From assembly GCA_964036045.1 (NCBI GenBank), contig OZ038378.1:185876001-185940000 (forward strand): a stretch of 64,000 nt of DNA, read 5' to 3'. Origin of the DNA: Eutreptiella sp. 'Long Island Sound 2002' (Eukaryota; Protista; Euglenida). Each line of letters begins with the position of its first letter. Positions within the stretch are counted from its first letter, which is position 1. Shown one piece after another: positions 63,001 to 64,000 of this stretch. Under the pieces are notes generated by a model. The model saw only the letters and a program-made list of their open reading frames with translations. It was not told where the DNA came from and ran no database searches. Both the position numbers and the translations under genes were made by a program.

Positions 63001-63105
63001 GGTATAGAAGTATGTATGCGATAATAGTGATTTCTCATCTTTGCCAAGAAGAAAGTCTTAAGGGTCTTCAGGACCAAAGGCATAGTACCCCCTTCAAATA
63101 AGCAT

Positions 63106-63792
63106 GGGGGGCAATGTTTGCCCGGCGCGCTACCTTTCTATTAACTATCTCGACTTCAGCCCGAGATTTACCCTCTGATGGAGAAGGCCCCCCAAATAGA
63201 CCATGATGGACTGCGCACCTTCCCTACAAAGCACATTGCAGAAATTAGACAATAGCTTTGAATTCAACAACTCCAAATGTCATTTGTATTGTACTTAACA
63301 AACGGTACTTTGCCTTTACCTTTCCCAAAGATTTCGCTACGGTAATGAGTCCCCAAGCCGTAAGTGGTTTGGACGGTGTTTCTGCCTCACGTCACAAGAA
63401 CGAAGCGCAAACTAAGTATTCGCTATATCACCCCTGCCTTCTCGGGGTCCCCATGGTGGGGAGAAATCAATATGGCTACATTACCCCTGCTTTCTTGGGG
63501 TCCCCATGGTGGGGAGAAATCAACCTAGTAAGGAGTAGATGTGGTGGAAACGAGCAAAAAATGGAAGAAAATTGGTAAAACTGGGTAAGAATCCAAATAT
63601 ACCATATCCCGAATGTGAAAGAAGCATCAAATACCCGTTGTCAAACAACAATAATGCCCACAGTATCACAAAGTATGGGGTTCCAGGACGGCGAGACGTC
63701 CAAATAGTTGCAGTGCACCGCCTAAATGGTCACCGGTGGGGCACGGGTCAAAAAAGATGCCCAGTGCGCGCCCGGCACGCTAATGCTCCCCC
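63106..63792. mobile_element. GGGGG...CCCCC family repeat with an internal insert
   Basis: Ends and interior match 5914-6337; extra sequence at about 63190-63480. Confidence 0.7.
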
Positions 63793-64000
63793 TGGGACAA
63801 AAATTTTGGCGCCATTGGCGCCATGGCCCTTGCACCGCTATCTTTCAAACCTCGAGAGAGGGCAATCTTTCAAACCTCGGGGGGGGGGGGTTGCATACAA
63901 GGACCGCCCGGGGTCATGTCCCCACGAAAATGCAACATAAGATGTCCCCATCAGAGGCATTTGTATCTGCTAAAACATATCATGGAGTCGGCCAGTCAAA

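Noticed and set aside
63270-63390. Insert reading GTHYRSEIFGKGKGKVPF on the - strand (MsrA-like GTQYRS echo)
   Set aside because: Too short, flanked by stops, and the match is not distinguishable from chance.

Overview
Repeat-rich eukaryotic nuclear DNA with GT-AG introns, many retroelement and MITE relics, and a 200-N scaffold gap at 54852-55051. A decayed plastid-type 23S rRNA fragment points to a plastid-bearing protist; a euglenid is my inference, not proven. One host gene is well supported: a minus-strand hybrid histidine kinase (PAS-PAS-HisKA-HATPase-REC) in at least 3 exons (48401-49297, 43651-44396, 38773-39454). Its two ~4 kb introns hold a Penelope-like RT fragment, orphan ORFs and a fold-back 48-bp minisatellite. 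The dominant structure is a 17.4 kb tandem array (18252-35612, about 15 units of 1.1-1.35 kb). Each unit looks like a 570-bp frame-preserving coding-like block plus a spacer whose ends fit the euglenid non-conventional intron pattern (CAG at +4..+6, CTG at -8..-6). The rest is LINE fragments (RT, RNase H, zinc finger, an unnamed conserved C-terminal domain), TA-flanked poly-C/poly-G MITEs and smaller satellites. No tRNA, CRISPR array or bacterial operon is supported. All calls are by-eye motif and repeat recognition; no searches were run.
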